DNA from: Rhizodiscina lignyota | Taxonomy: Eukaryota | Direction of reading: 5' to 3' | Assembly: GCA_010015805.1 (NCBI GenBank) | Contig: ML978131.1 | Span: 434,001 to 498,000, forward strand | Length of the DNA: 64,000 nt | Made by a program: the position numbers and the translations under genes | Notes under the pieces: model-generated | Database searches by the model: none | The model's input: the letters and a program-made list of their open reading frames with translations, nothing else | Told to the model about the DNA's origin: nothing | Part shown: positions 1-11,885 of the stretch, piece after piece | Numbering within the stretch: the first letter of the stretch is position 1 | How the letters are laid out: each line of letters begins with the position of its first letter

Positions 1-1463
1 CCATCTAGCGCTCAGGGTGGCATCTCCAGTGCACCTGCATCAGTGCCAGGCGCGAGTACTGTTGCTGTCAGTACGAATGGAGTGCCTTCAACGGAAGCAG
101 CTGCAGCTTCGAGTCCCAGCGTCTCTGAAGGCCCTGCTACTCTTCCTACCATCACGCTCGTCACTTCGTCGACCACTCCATTCACTCCAACTACCCAGTC
201 GCTTGCCGCAACCGATGTTTCGGCGGGACCCGGTGTTGCGGTCACCACGGGTGATAACGGCCAGGCTGTTGTGTAAGTATTTCTATCTCGAGCCCTCAGA
301 TTGACACTAAAGTCCGCCACAGCTCGTTCGTTCCAGATCCTTCACAACCAACAGCCGAAGCTGTACAACCACTTCCTCCTATTCCAGCTCCCACAAACAG
401 CGACCAGCCGCAGCCATATGTCATCAGTGGAACAATCACCCTTCCGCCGCTTAACGGGACAGGTAGTAAGGCTAAGCGCGATGAGCCCGAAGTGAAGGGC
501 CGTGAGGTCCAAGTCGAGGGCAAGAAAGCGCAAGAAAATGTTCCTCGCTTTGTCCAGGATCGCAGACAGATTGCCGCGTTCCAGAGGATGATGATCAAAC
601 GACAGGGTACAGCTTATGCTGGCTGCATCTTCCAGGTTCTAGCAGATGGCGTTCCTGTATACAACACATCTCTTGCTGGGCTTAGCGGCACTATCCCCTT
701 CACGACTGACAATTTCACTCCGACTAATACTACGCTCATCACATATCGTGAGGTCTGCCCAGATGGCACTGCGCCGCCGGCTATTGGTCTCAGCGACCTC
801 GCGCTCGTGACGTCTCCACCTCCTCCGCCACCGGTGGTATGTTCTCCCTTTGCGCATAGCGGTTGTAGATATCTAACATTGCCCCAGGTCTCTTCAAGCA
901 TACCGGGAGCCTCTAGTATACCAGGCGTCATATCTGTGCCACCAGGCTCTATTGAATACATAACCGTCACGCAGCCTGGAAGCGTCATCACGGTCAATGG
1001 AACAATCACAATTACGCAGCCTGGAGCGACAATAGTGTCAACAGTGGCGGGTCCGACAGTCTTCGAGCCAACCACGGTTATCAGCACCTACGTTCTGACG
1101 CAGGTATCTACCGTGACGGTGACGACGACACAGATATCTGGCGCAGCAACTGTGACGGTGACGACTACCTCTGTTTCGACGTCCTACATTACTACCACGG
1201 CGTACGTTACAGGGATCCCACCAAGCTCCGGAGTTGGATACTCGATGGGAGGAGGTTCAATGGGTGGTGGTTCAATGGGTGGAGGCTCGATGGGCGGAGG
1301 CTCATATGGTCACTCTTATCCCCCAATAACGAGTCCAGCAGTATGCCCTGGTCCAAGAACAACAACTGGTATGTTTCATTTGATGACATGTCTTGAACTG
1401 AAATGAGCTAACGGGTTTGCTCTAGTTACCATTACACCTGTGGTTACGGTCTATCCACAATGA
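1..1463 (+). CDS. Ser/Thr/Pro-rich secreted or cell-surface protein, 5'-truncated by the window edge
   Basis: Open frame from the edge; introns 273-322 (GTAAGT..CAG) and 1369-1425 (GTATGT..TAG) join the ORFs, ending ..VTITPVVTVYPQ* (TGA 1461-1463). Thr/Val-rich TVTVT stretches, a Cys-containing module and dibasic KR sites. Confidence 0.75.
1245..1305 (+). repeat. Coding tandem repeat (MGGGS)x4, 15-nt unit
   Basis: atgggaggaggttca atgggtggtggttca atgggtggaggctcg atgggcggaggctca. Confidence 0.85.
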
Positions 1464-2325
1464 AGAATTTGATAAAGGTGAATGTAGGGCTTGACGTTGT
1501 ATTTCTGTTTGGGGATGGATTGGGGAGATGGTAAAAGTGTAATGAGCCAGCGATTGATGAAGATGGGCATGGCTGGATTTGAGTTCTCCCTCTACTTGCA
1601 TAGTTTGGAGATATTGGCGGTTTGGATTCGCGCATTTGTCGGATTAACGAGGGGAGCTATCGTAATTGTGATTGGGGCATAGTGTAATGCAGTATTGTTT
1701 ACTCCGTATAGCATCTGTGATTATGAGACTTCTCGCTGTATCCCCTTCCATGTTAATTCAGCCTTCACAATGGGCGTTCATCTCGTCGTTCACATGAAGC
1801 AACTCATACACGGGCACATGTGGTGGAGTTAAGCATCCCTGCAGAGAATCGCCGGCTGACTGGTCGAGCGGAACTGGCTTGGCGAGTGATTCGCGCTAGA
1901 GCTCGCCCTCCCTCCGCCGCCATCATTTGCATCTCGTCGCTTCTCCTCCTCAAGCAACACCGCGTGCACCAAATACACTCAAAAGCTTCGCGTCTTATCT
2001 GACTTCACCCTCTGCGCTCTTCAAAACACTTCTCTGGCCCTTTCCAAAAGCATTAAAAGCTCTTTCGACACCGGCATCAACCGACGAACCTCGCGTGTCC
2101 ACTCTTTTCTCGCTTTTTTATCCGAGCCCCAGATACTCTCACACTTCCCCAACTCTTCCAACAAGCACCCCTTTCCCACTATTTGCTGCTGAGCGCCAAT
2201 CGCCTTCAGCAGCTGCATCTCAATCCCTCTTCCACCTTAACCCTTTTAATCTCATCTCCACACCCCTCAGCGACCTCGACCCTCCCTTCCACTGTTAAGC
2301 GAACGCGGCGCTACTCGTCCTGAAA

Positions 2326-4207
2326 ATGGCAGCAGAGGCGGCACAGATGCCTATCAACGGCGCGTATGCGCCTCACCAAGCTCAAAGCTTCGCTACCACT
2401 GAGCAGAACCTCGCACAGCATAATGCGAACTCTGCCAATACCACCAACTACACCGCACCCTCGACCTCTCCCCCCTCCAATGCCGCCAGCGGCAATCCTG
2501 AGATATCGAAAGAAGAGGTCGGCTGGTACTTTGTCGAGCGGTACTACACAACTCTCAGCAAGACGCCTGACAAGCTATTTGTAAGTGTTTTCTTGTTCAC
2601 TCTCTTTGAGATGTGAGCTAACTCGCAGCCAGCTGTTCTACAACAAGCGCTCGCAATCAGTCTTTGGCGTCGAAGAGGAGAAGGCTCCAATCTGCGTCGG
2701 CCAGCGGGTAAGATGAGCAGTTCCGATTGTGTAAAGACCCATTAGCTCACCAACAATAGGCCATCAACGATCGCATGAAAGAGCTCGACTTTCAAGACTG
2801 CAAGGTCCGCGTCACCAACGTCGACTCACAAGCATCTGGCTCGGATATTGTCATCCAGGTCATCGGCGAAATCTCCAACAAGTCTGCCCCTCACCGAAAG
2901 TTTGTGCAGACCTTCGTCCTTGCAGCTCAGACCAACGGCTACTTTGTCCTCAACGATATTTTCCGGTACATTGCGGAGGAAGAGGAGCCAGTCGACCAGC
3001 CAGTCGAACAGGAGGAGGTACAAGGATCGTCTGCTCCCACCGCTGTCAGCGGCTACCAGGAGCCAGTCCCTACGGCCGGAGATACGGAGCCAAAGGGATT
3101 GACTAGTTCTGCCGAGACCGATGAGCAAGAGCATGACGCTACCATTGTCGACGAGGAACTCGAAAAGGTCGTCCAGGACGACGAAGAGGAAAAGGAGCCT
3201 GCTCCTTCAGCTCAAGTCAATGGAACGCCGGTCCCTGAAGGTGCTAATGTCGCTGAAGCTGACGATGCGCCTGCCACAGCCGTCGCCGCTCCTGAGACTG
3301 CTGCTGAAGCTGATGATGCTGCTGAAGAGACTGCTGAAGAGACTGTTGCTGAGGCAGACGTCCAACCTGAGAAGCCTAAGGATCCTTCGCCCAGCCCCGT
3401 CGCAATGCCTGCCTCTCAGCCTGCGCCCGCACCCGCACGCAAAGCTCCAACTCCAGCTGCCGCTCCTCCCAAGCCGGCTGCCCCAAGGAGCTGGGCAAGC
3501 CTAGCAGCCTCTGCAAACCGCACTACCACGCCTACTGCTCCGGCAGCTCCAGCAGCGGCTCCTCCACAGAAGCCAGGTCAGCAAGCACAACCTCAGTCTG
3601 CTGCATCTGCGGCCGCCCCAGCTGCTCCGGCTGCTGCACCAGCTGCGCCTCGCGACTCCTCCCCGGCAGAAGGACAACAGGGTGATGGATGGCAAGCTGT
3701 TGGTGGAGATCATAGCAGGAAGCAGTCCAGGGCTCAAGCACAACCTGGAAAGACTGGAGTGCAAGCGTACATCAAGGATGTGTTTGCCGGCGTCGACTTT
3801 GACACCTTGAAATCTGCAATGGCCAAGTTTGATGAGCTGCTCCACTTTGACATTAATCGTCCAAAGGTCAGTACCTGATTGACATTTATCTAGAGCATTT
3901 TACTGACCCTCTCCAGAACTGCGCTTTCCTCGAGTTTGCATCCCCCGCTGGCTTCCAAGCCGCAGTTAACGCCAATCCTCACCAGGTTGGCGAGTACCAG
4001 ATCTACGTGGAAGAGCGCCGTCGCAACCCATTCCCACCGCGCGGAGGCATGCGTGGCGGTCGTGGCGGCTTTGACAACCGCACTGGCCAAGGCCGTGGTG
4101 GCTTTGCTGGCAAGGAAAACGCTCGTCCAGGCGGCTTCCAAGCTCGAGGTGGCCGAGGCGGCGGTAATGTCACACCTCGAGGACGTGGTGGCGCTCAAGC
4201 TGCCTAG
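2326..4207 (+). CDS. nxt3: G3BP/Nxt3/Bre5-like NTF2 + RRM + RGG RNA-binding protein
   Basis: NTF2 motif EVGWYFVERYYTTL and KFVQTFVLA..GYFVLNDIFRY; acidic/Pro-Ala linker; RRM (AYIKDV, NCAFLEF); RGG tail. Introns 2581-2632, 2708-2759, 3867-3916. Confidence 0.92.
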
Positions 4208-6241
4208 TGGTAGTCGTCGCATTTGCACCATCTAACGACAGGAGATGTCCACGGCCGAATCAGAACCTACACTTCATATACTGTATTGCGTACATATCAC
4301 CTCTGCGCACGACTATTCGCCGATTTTCGGGATTGTATTTGCATTTTCGCTCAGCTGCTTCTTGCTGCTGTTCCTCCTGCTTGCTCAAAAGTCATTTTCA
4401 CAGATATCCTGGGGAAAAGTTCTGGCTTCTTGCATCTAGCGTGCGAGCGCGACCTTCTTCTCCCTTTGCATAGCGCTTTTATTTCTCTTCCTTCTGATTC
4501 GGCTGCCCCATTTTAACTCTTTCGCGAAGTCCCTTCATACACTCGTTTCAACCCCATCAGCACGTTGACATGTCTTACTGCACTCGGAGACTTGTTGACA
4601 TGGCTGTTTGGATCAACGAACGCGTTGCGCTTTGGAGAAGGACAACTGGCATTCTCAGCAACCAATAATCTATCATCTCCGAGATTGGATGGAAATGGCT
4701 CCTCTGTCAATGTATGGTTTTCTCATATCTCGAAGACTTAGCATCAGGTTTCTGCGAATTGCTAGTTTCATGGTGGATTCTGTCTTTTTCGCTGCGCGGG
4801 GCCTTGATGAGGAGCTTTTATCTTCAGATGCGGTGTTTGTAAATTACGAGTCTCTTTCTCTGGTTGTAACATAGACGAGCAAGTTATCGCGTGGAGATTA
4901 TCTACCTGTGCCTGGATGCATATTTGTGCGTGCATTCTGTATGTGTGGCTCTTTAGGTCAACGTCGAGGCGCATGAGGCAACTCTGCGTGACTGTGTCTG
5001 TACAGCGATGGGCAATGAACAGACGTCAATACTTGACTGCTTAATAGTAGTTCTAGGGCTCGTCATCATTATGATTGATTTCCCGTCCACATAACCACAC
5101 CACCCACTCCCTCCTGAGAGACTTGAGAAGGGGGCTTTAACATAATGCTGATAGCTACATTAATATAAAAAAAAGCTTATCAGTAGATGTAATGCATCAA
5201 TTGAGCGGGTTCTTCAATGGAGAGAGTTGGGTTCGTCAAATGAAAGGTCCCATGCATCAAGGTTGGGAGATGAGGTGCGGTCCAAGAGAGTTCAGGGGCC
5301 TTGCTAAAAAAGGTTAGAGATTAACATGCTGTGAGTTATAATGTCGAGGCAGCTCTGAGCGAAGCTACAGAGGAGCTACGCTACCTAGTTCTGGCGAGCA
5401 AACGAGCCCTGCAATGACGTCCCTTTTCTGTGATATCTAGAAAGAAATCCTGCAAGGCAGTGCTTATAAGCTACTCCCTAATAACCTCGAATATAAACTT
5501 ATCGTAAGCGTACCAGATCGGTAACAAGGCCTCTTTCCGCGATATCGAGAAGCGAATCTTCTGATGCAGGCTAAGTAAGCTGCTCTCTACGAACCTTAAA
5601 CACAACTTTATTAGCGCGGGGAAGTTTCGTAGAAGTATCGAAGTCAATTTTAATAGCGTGACTCTACAGATTGTTCGCTCACTAGACACTAGCTCCTTCG
5701 TATTTTGTCGCCGTGCAAGATGTAACGCAAAGGGCGTGTAGTTCTTCCACTTTAAGACACACGAGACGTCTCTGAAAGCTTAGGAATACCTCATTTAGAG
5801 TATACTAAACAGTGGTGCATGGTTTAAAAGCTTATGTGCATTATTTTTATCCAGCATCTTGAAAGTTGCGGCCAGCTTTTTTGTCACTCCCATGCTGGTC
5901 TGTGCACTATGGAGTGCAGCTCACTCGACATTATAGTTAGCATCAAGTGACAAGGGAGCAGGGATATCCGCACGTGCCATCTTCCAAATGTACACTTTTG
6001 ATATTCACAGCGAGACATCTCAACAACAACACAATAGACTTTCCACACTACGACTTCACAACACATTGGGAACTACGCTACATATGACATCAAAGGTACG
6101 TAATACCTCAACGACGCAAATAACAACAAATCCACGGCTATAAAAGCTCTCCTTCTTCCTCTTCTCTTCCCTTCTTCCTTCAAAAACAACCACAAACAAC
6201 CACATAAATCCTCTCACTCCAGAATACCAGCTCCTTGTCCA

Positions 6242-6351
6242 CTCTTCAAACCTCCTGTCGGCGCTTCAAACTCCCGTCGGCTCTTCAAATTTCCCGTCGG
6301 CTCTTTGAGCTTCCTGTCGGCTCTTTAAGCTTCGTACGAGCTTCCTGTCGG
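6242..6351 (+). repeat. Degenerate ~20-bp tandem repeat (about 5 units, ctcttYRARYYTCCYGTCGG)
   Basis: Units at 6242-6261, 6262-6280, 6281-6300 and 6301-6320, plus partials to 6351, lying between a TATA-like ctataaaag (~6138) and the ATG at 6409. Confidence 0.8.
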
Positions 6352-6408
6352 CCTGTCCAGCTCTCTACCAGCTTGTCCCGCTTACGAAACACCCCAACTT
6401 CTCAACAA

Positions 6409-7421
6409 ATGGCACCAAAGAAGCAGCAGACTTCTTCCCGCCGCACTACCCGTACTTCCTCCGCGACGCCCGGCGATGGCGTGTCCAAGACTTCTTCCCA
6501 CCGTCGCACCCGGTCTCCATCCAAAAAAGCCCCTGGAAGCGCGTCTCGCCAAACTCGCAGCTCTCGCAAACTCGCCGTCAGCCTTTCTCCTCTGCTCTCA
6601 GGCGAAGAGATCGGCAATCCTCAACCGCGCCGTCGCGCCCGCCACGAGTCCCCAGAGCACGCGGATGACGCCGTAATCACTACGGTTGAGACGACTGCCC
6701 CAGATGTCGGTGGTAAGTTAGTCTCTCTTTCTTCTCTTCGCACCCAACTCATCAAAGAGCAAAGAGAAAAAGCTCCCGGCTGCAGCAAGAGGCGGAGGCC
6801 AGGAAGGTGGAGTACGAGAAACTCCTTGGCGAGGCCAAGGACCTCCGCCAAGTCAACCTCCAGCAAGAGCAGGCGATCTGGTGGTTGAATTGTGATATCC
6901 GTGCCCTCAAGGAGAAGAAGGTCTCCCTCAAGAGGGCGGTGGCATCCCTTCTCCGCAACCGGGTTCCTTTTGTCGACAATGAGAAGAAACTTGCTGACAA
7001 GAACTCTACCATTGTTACAGACACCCCGGAGGTGGGTGGCGGATCCACAGAACACGATATCATCCCTGCTGTGTCGCAGCAATCTCCTCCGTCTGCATCG
7101 CCGAAGCACGTCTCTGAGCAGAAGCGAAAGCGGGAGGAGATGGCGGCCCACAGTACGCCGGCCGGACGGCAGCCATTTGCGCGGGATGCCGCAGAGAAGG
7201 CGATGAGTGCCGTCATGAGGCACAAACCCAGCACGCCCTCGAGCCTGCAGCGGGAAGTGTCGCATGACGGTACCATGGGTGCTTTCATGGAGGTGGGCGT
7301 GTCGTCGCGGCCCCGGCCCATCCTCACCCAATCCTTCCTCGAAAAGGTTGGTGAGGGTGAGGAGGCCAAGGCTCGGGCGTTGGCTTTCATGGATGCGCAG
7401 GGGTGGTGGAAAGGCCTGTAG
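6409..7421 (+). CDS. Hypothetical orphan protein: basic Ser/Arg-rich N-terminus followed by a predicted coiled coil
   Basis: ATG 6409 (MAPKKQ..); GTAAGT donor at 6713; downstream frame (..QQEAEARKVEYEKLLGEAKDL..) ends TAG 7421. The acceptor is uncertain: the only in-phase AG nearby is GAG at 6757-6759. Confidence 0.5.
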
Positions 7422-10400
7422 GGGGAGGAGGTGGAGGTGGAGGTGGGAGGAGGTGGCTGGCCCCCAGCGGGAACTTCTGACTTTCGCGGGAATGTGAGCT
7501 AAGAGCACCAACCGGTCGAAGGGAGAGCTAGGCAGCAGAGTAGATAGACAGCAATAAAACACACTTGAACGGCATTGAGACTCCCAAGTCATGTGACATT
7601 CTGCTGAGAAGGCTTCTTACATAATGAACATGATCGCTCGAATTCAATACAGCAGTTGCCCGTGCGTGGCAGAACTTAGAGAATATCTGCTATTGAATTC
7701 AGGTACTCTCGTGCATATTGGTGGCGAGACTGAGAAAATACCCGCAATTGATCCAAATGCGTCCGTGCACAATGGTGGTGAGTCTACATGTATGGACATG
7801 TTGTACTAAGCTAGCGTGCACGAGACCACGGCAAAGCTCAGAGACTGATCATCCAGTATTGACTGATAATGGTGTTCCACCTCTAAGCTTGATGCAGTTT
7901 GCGAATATATCGGTTGCGAATACTGCAATCATCATTCTTCTACCTCATTGAATGTCACGCAGCCTGAACCGGTGATACGAGAACTAGCATCTGCTAGCAT
8001 CTCCGATAGCTCATATCACACTCCAAGTGGTCTCAACTTGACAGCCGCAGCAGCAGGCGAGATATGACTGGGCTAGACTCCTAGAACCTATTTGAGACTT
8101 TGATTCTGTGTACTGCAGTAGTTAGCAGATGCAACGGCCTGCTTCTGAAGTACTGATATGGAATGGCCGACAGAATCATCAAACTTGCTTTTCGTTGAGA
8201 CAAGTCATATTAGTGAAGAAATTGGACATTGAAATCAGGCTCGTGAGTCCATGTCTGAAACGTATGGGTAATAAGGATCAGTGTATAAATACGCGAGTCG
8301 AGACTAGTCAATGCTGGGGTTCTTTGAACCATCTTCCTGCCTCGGGAGTCGGGGCTTCAAAACAAGGAGGGCTCGGAGAAGCCTTCCACACCACTTCAGA
8401 TCGAGCTCTTACCACTGTTAAAATGTGTCTAAAACACGAGCGAAGAAAAGTGACGATGCCGCAAGCCGTATGCAGAGCACCACGAAGGGAATCTTTGGCG
8501 ATGCAAGGTCTTCTACATCGCGGCTATCCAACTGTTACACACTCCGTATTGAGGCTTGCGCCTCAAGCGAGCAAGATACAAAGAAGCTTCCCAGACGTCC
8601 TTTGCAAGATGTCATTTTGATGGATTCGGACAGCAGCTAGTCGGGACGCTTGTCTCGCGATGGGTCTGGCCATGTACAGGAGATAGTCTGGCGGATGGCG
8701 GTCACTTGTGTGATTTTTTTCGCTACAGGTACAGCTTCGACTCGGCACCGGAAAACTCGACGAATGGCAATTATGTACGTGACGAGTGGGAAATTTTTCT
8801 GAGTGGCGGCTATGAATCGAAACGATCGAAGACTTCTTTGTAGAGATGAGAGAGGGGGGTGTGGCGCTCGTGCGGCTGTGACACTTCAGAAACAGGGAAA
8901 CGATGAAACTTTGAGCACGAGCCTTTCCGACTCCCGACTCAGCAAACTTCACTCATCGTTCGTTCATGAAGAGACGTTCTCTCAAATGTTGACAGCCTCG
9001 AAGTTCACCCAGTTGCAAAATCACTCAATAACGTGGAGAAGGAAACATTTCTGCTGATCGAGCATATCAAGGCGAGACGTAACGTTCCACGAATCGGGAG
9101 GACCACAGAGATGGGCCTGTTTCTCGATCATACATTACAGCTTGTGCTCCGTCTCGAGAATAAGACACCATGATATCGCCAATGATCACGGATAGTCACA
9201 TTATTGACCTAGTAGCAAAATGTCTAGCCTCTTTCCTACGAACCAACAGAATGATCCACGGCGAGTAGGAGGGTAGCACCACATTCTCTTCAGCCTTTAC
9301 AAAAAGTCATATACAAGATCGCGGCATCTTGAGCACTGGATTACCGATTCGATCGACTTTACGAGGCAATGGCTGGTGCATAGGCGATCGCAAGGTCCGG
9401 ATGTGCTGCAGAAAGCAACAAGACGTCTTCCGATTTAGGAAACTTGATGCCACAACAGGCCGAGCTTCTTGTGTGCGCCATGAGCCTTTGCACGAGCTCG
9501 AGACATCGGCAACGAACTTCCCAAGAAGGTGGAACTTCTGTACTGCGATGCAGGTATGACGGACTCGGCTTCATGCGTTAGATTTTGCATCGAGATTCCT
9601 CGGTCAAATTTGACTCTTCGGCTTCCGACATGGAGATGCAGAAAGCTACTATTCATTACAGCTCTTTAATAAGAAAACTGTACTCATAGGGAAGGGATGA
9701 TAGCGGACGCATGACTCCTCCAGACCCAAAATCTGATGACTGATGAGCTACAGGGCTAGTTACGAGCGGTGCAACCATCCGGTCAAGGCGAGTTGGATGC
9801 CATCGTCCACACCAAGAGAAAATTCAATAGCATGTGCGTTCTGCTTCCTTGAACCCAATCCGGTGAGCTAGTTACGCAGGCCAGCTTGTGAAGCCTTGAC
9901 AAAGTTAGACAAGGCGGACCTTCTCTCGTCCACTCTCGTGTCTTGCTTCTGTTGGTCGAAGTCCTGCACTACCGACATGTGACGGAAATCATACTGCGCG
10001 ATTGAATGTGTAGCATAAGCGACGCCTGGGACAGCAATCGTTTCTCAGCTGAAGAACGAGCGCCTACTGTCCGAACTAGCCGGCTCATAGGGCCAGTGAT
10101 TACTGCAAAGGGGCAAGCAACGGAGCAGCACATCTACTGTACCCCAGAAGTTTCGGCAAAGCCCAGAGAGTCAGCTTTAGGATATCATCAATGGAATGAG
10201 GTTAGGCATGCATCCGCCGGAGCATCAGCCAGTCCGTCAATTGCAGTCCTGACAGCTGCAACAGTCGGGGGCCAGGGTATTGTATGCGAGTCAAGTGAAC
10301 GCAGCAGCAAACCATTGATGGTGTTGAAGAAGATTGATAGACTTGCAGCGTAGCTCCTGCGAGGATATGCGCAGAGGGGTAGTGCGTGTTGGAATGCAGC

Positions 10401-11885
10401 CAGTGAGGTTGAAGCGGATGCGGCTTTCGAGGCGCACAGGGAAGACGCCCGGACACAGCGTCGGCTCTCCACAAACTCGCTCACTCGTTCACAACCATGC
10501 GCCTAATCTGTTAGAGGACAAGCCCTTGGTTTTATGGAGAATCTCCAGGCATGATCGCATTCTTTTCACCTGTAACGCTGCCGGCGCTTTTTGGCCGAGC
10601 GCCAACGGGGACGCGGATCCACAGCCAGGTCAACCGCGTTTGGAAACCTACGACATCAGAACCTCGATAACGCTCCCCACCACGCAAACTTCCCCACTGC
10701 TCCCGCAACGGTGACGAATTGCAAGAAACACTTTGGGACCAGTCGATGCCCAGCCGGTGCCTCTCAAGCACTGTTTGCTCTCTTGCGTCATGAGTAGCGG
10801 GAAGTCAATGGCGCCCGAAATGGGAGCCTCACAACCAGTGAATATTTCCATATCCGAGCCATGCTGATCATTCACGGCATACTCAGGCGCGAGCCATGCT
10901 CCTGTGCACCTTCGCGGGAATCCCGCTGGATCGTGCTGCTCGCATTCCGCGAAAGAGGGCCATGCCTCCCACGCATCAGTGGCTGACCTCGACCCATCTG
11001 TATCTTGCATTCCAACAAGGACAGGGTTATGTACAACGATAACGACGTCCAAAAGGCTGAGACAAAGGCTTGATGCTGCGGTTGACCTGGAGTCGTGCCA
11101 CATCAAAAGGGTCTCGCCTAAGCTTTCTCCACCTGCATGGAATATGCCTCCGAATGCGCGAGGCGCCGCGCCTTCCATCAACAGCAGCACCGTGCACTTG
11201 CTCCCTCCATCATGGAATTGGTTCCGTGGTAACCCCAAAGGGTCGATGGCATTGCGAAAGCAATCCTCACGGTCTCTGAGCATTCCATAGAGATGGTACA
11301 GCTATTCTTGCTAGTCTTGCTTGCCCGGTCAGGTAGGGGCAATTACGAATCTGATTCTTTCTCTCGTGCTTTGTCGGTCAACTCGCGAGCAATGCTCCGA
11401 GGCATCCACTGCAACACCATCCCTTATGTCATTCCTCTCTATTGTTTGTACGCCGGGTCCTGATGATCCTTTCCTGATATCGCGCGGCTAGGGATACGGC
11501 GCATTAGCAGCAACCGATGGTGTGCTGGCCACAAAGAAACGCCCAGTTAAATTCTGTCTTTTAACGAAACCCTCTTATTGCAGCCCATGCTGGCATCAAT
11601 CCTTCTGACATGCTTCTTGCAAGGGCCCTCAATCTTTTTCAGCCCAGAAGAAAGACTCGGCCTGCCAGGAACGGCCGCAGCTAGCCTGGAACCGCCGTGC
11701 CGGCATCGAATATATTCTGGATCACATCACAATCTCTTCGAGTGGTGATGTCGTATATTCTTTCCGCCCTAGCTTCAGCCTCCAAATCGTCCTGTGCCAG
11801 GCGCGTGTCCATAGTGTCTTAATCTCTATTCTATTTCATTTGTACAGTCTTGCTGCGACCTTGTCGTAGGTTAGATATCCAAGCT

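Noticed and set aside
10648..11283. 211-aa minus-strand ORF upstream of the P450
   Set aside because: No motif, atypical composition, no splice support; more likely promoter DNA.
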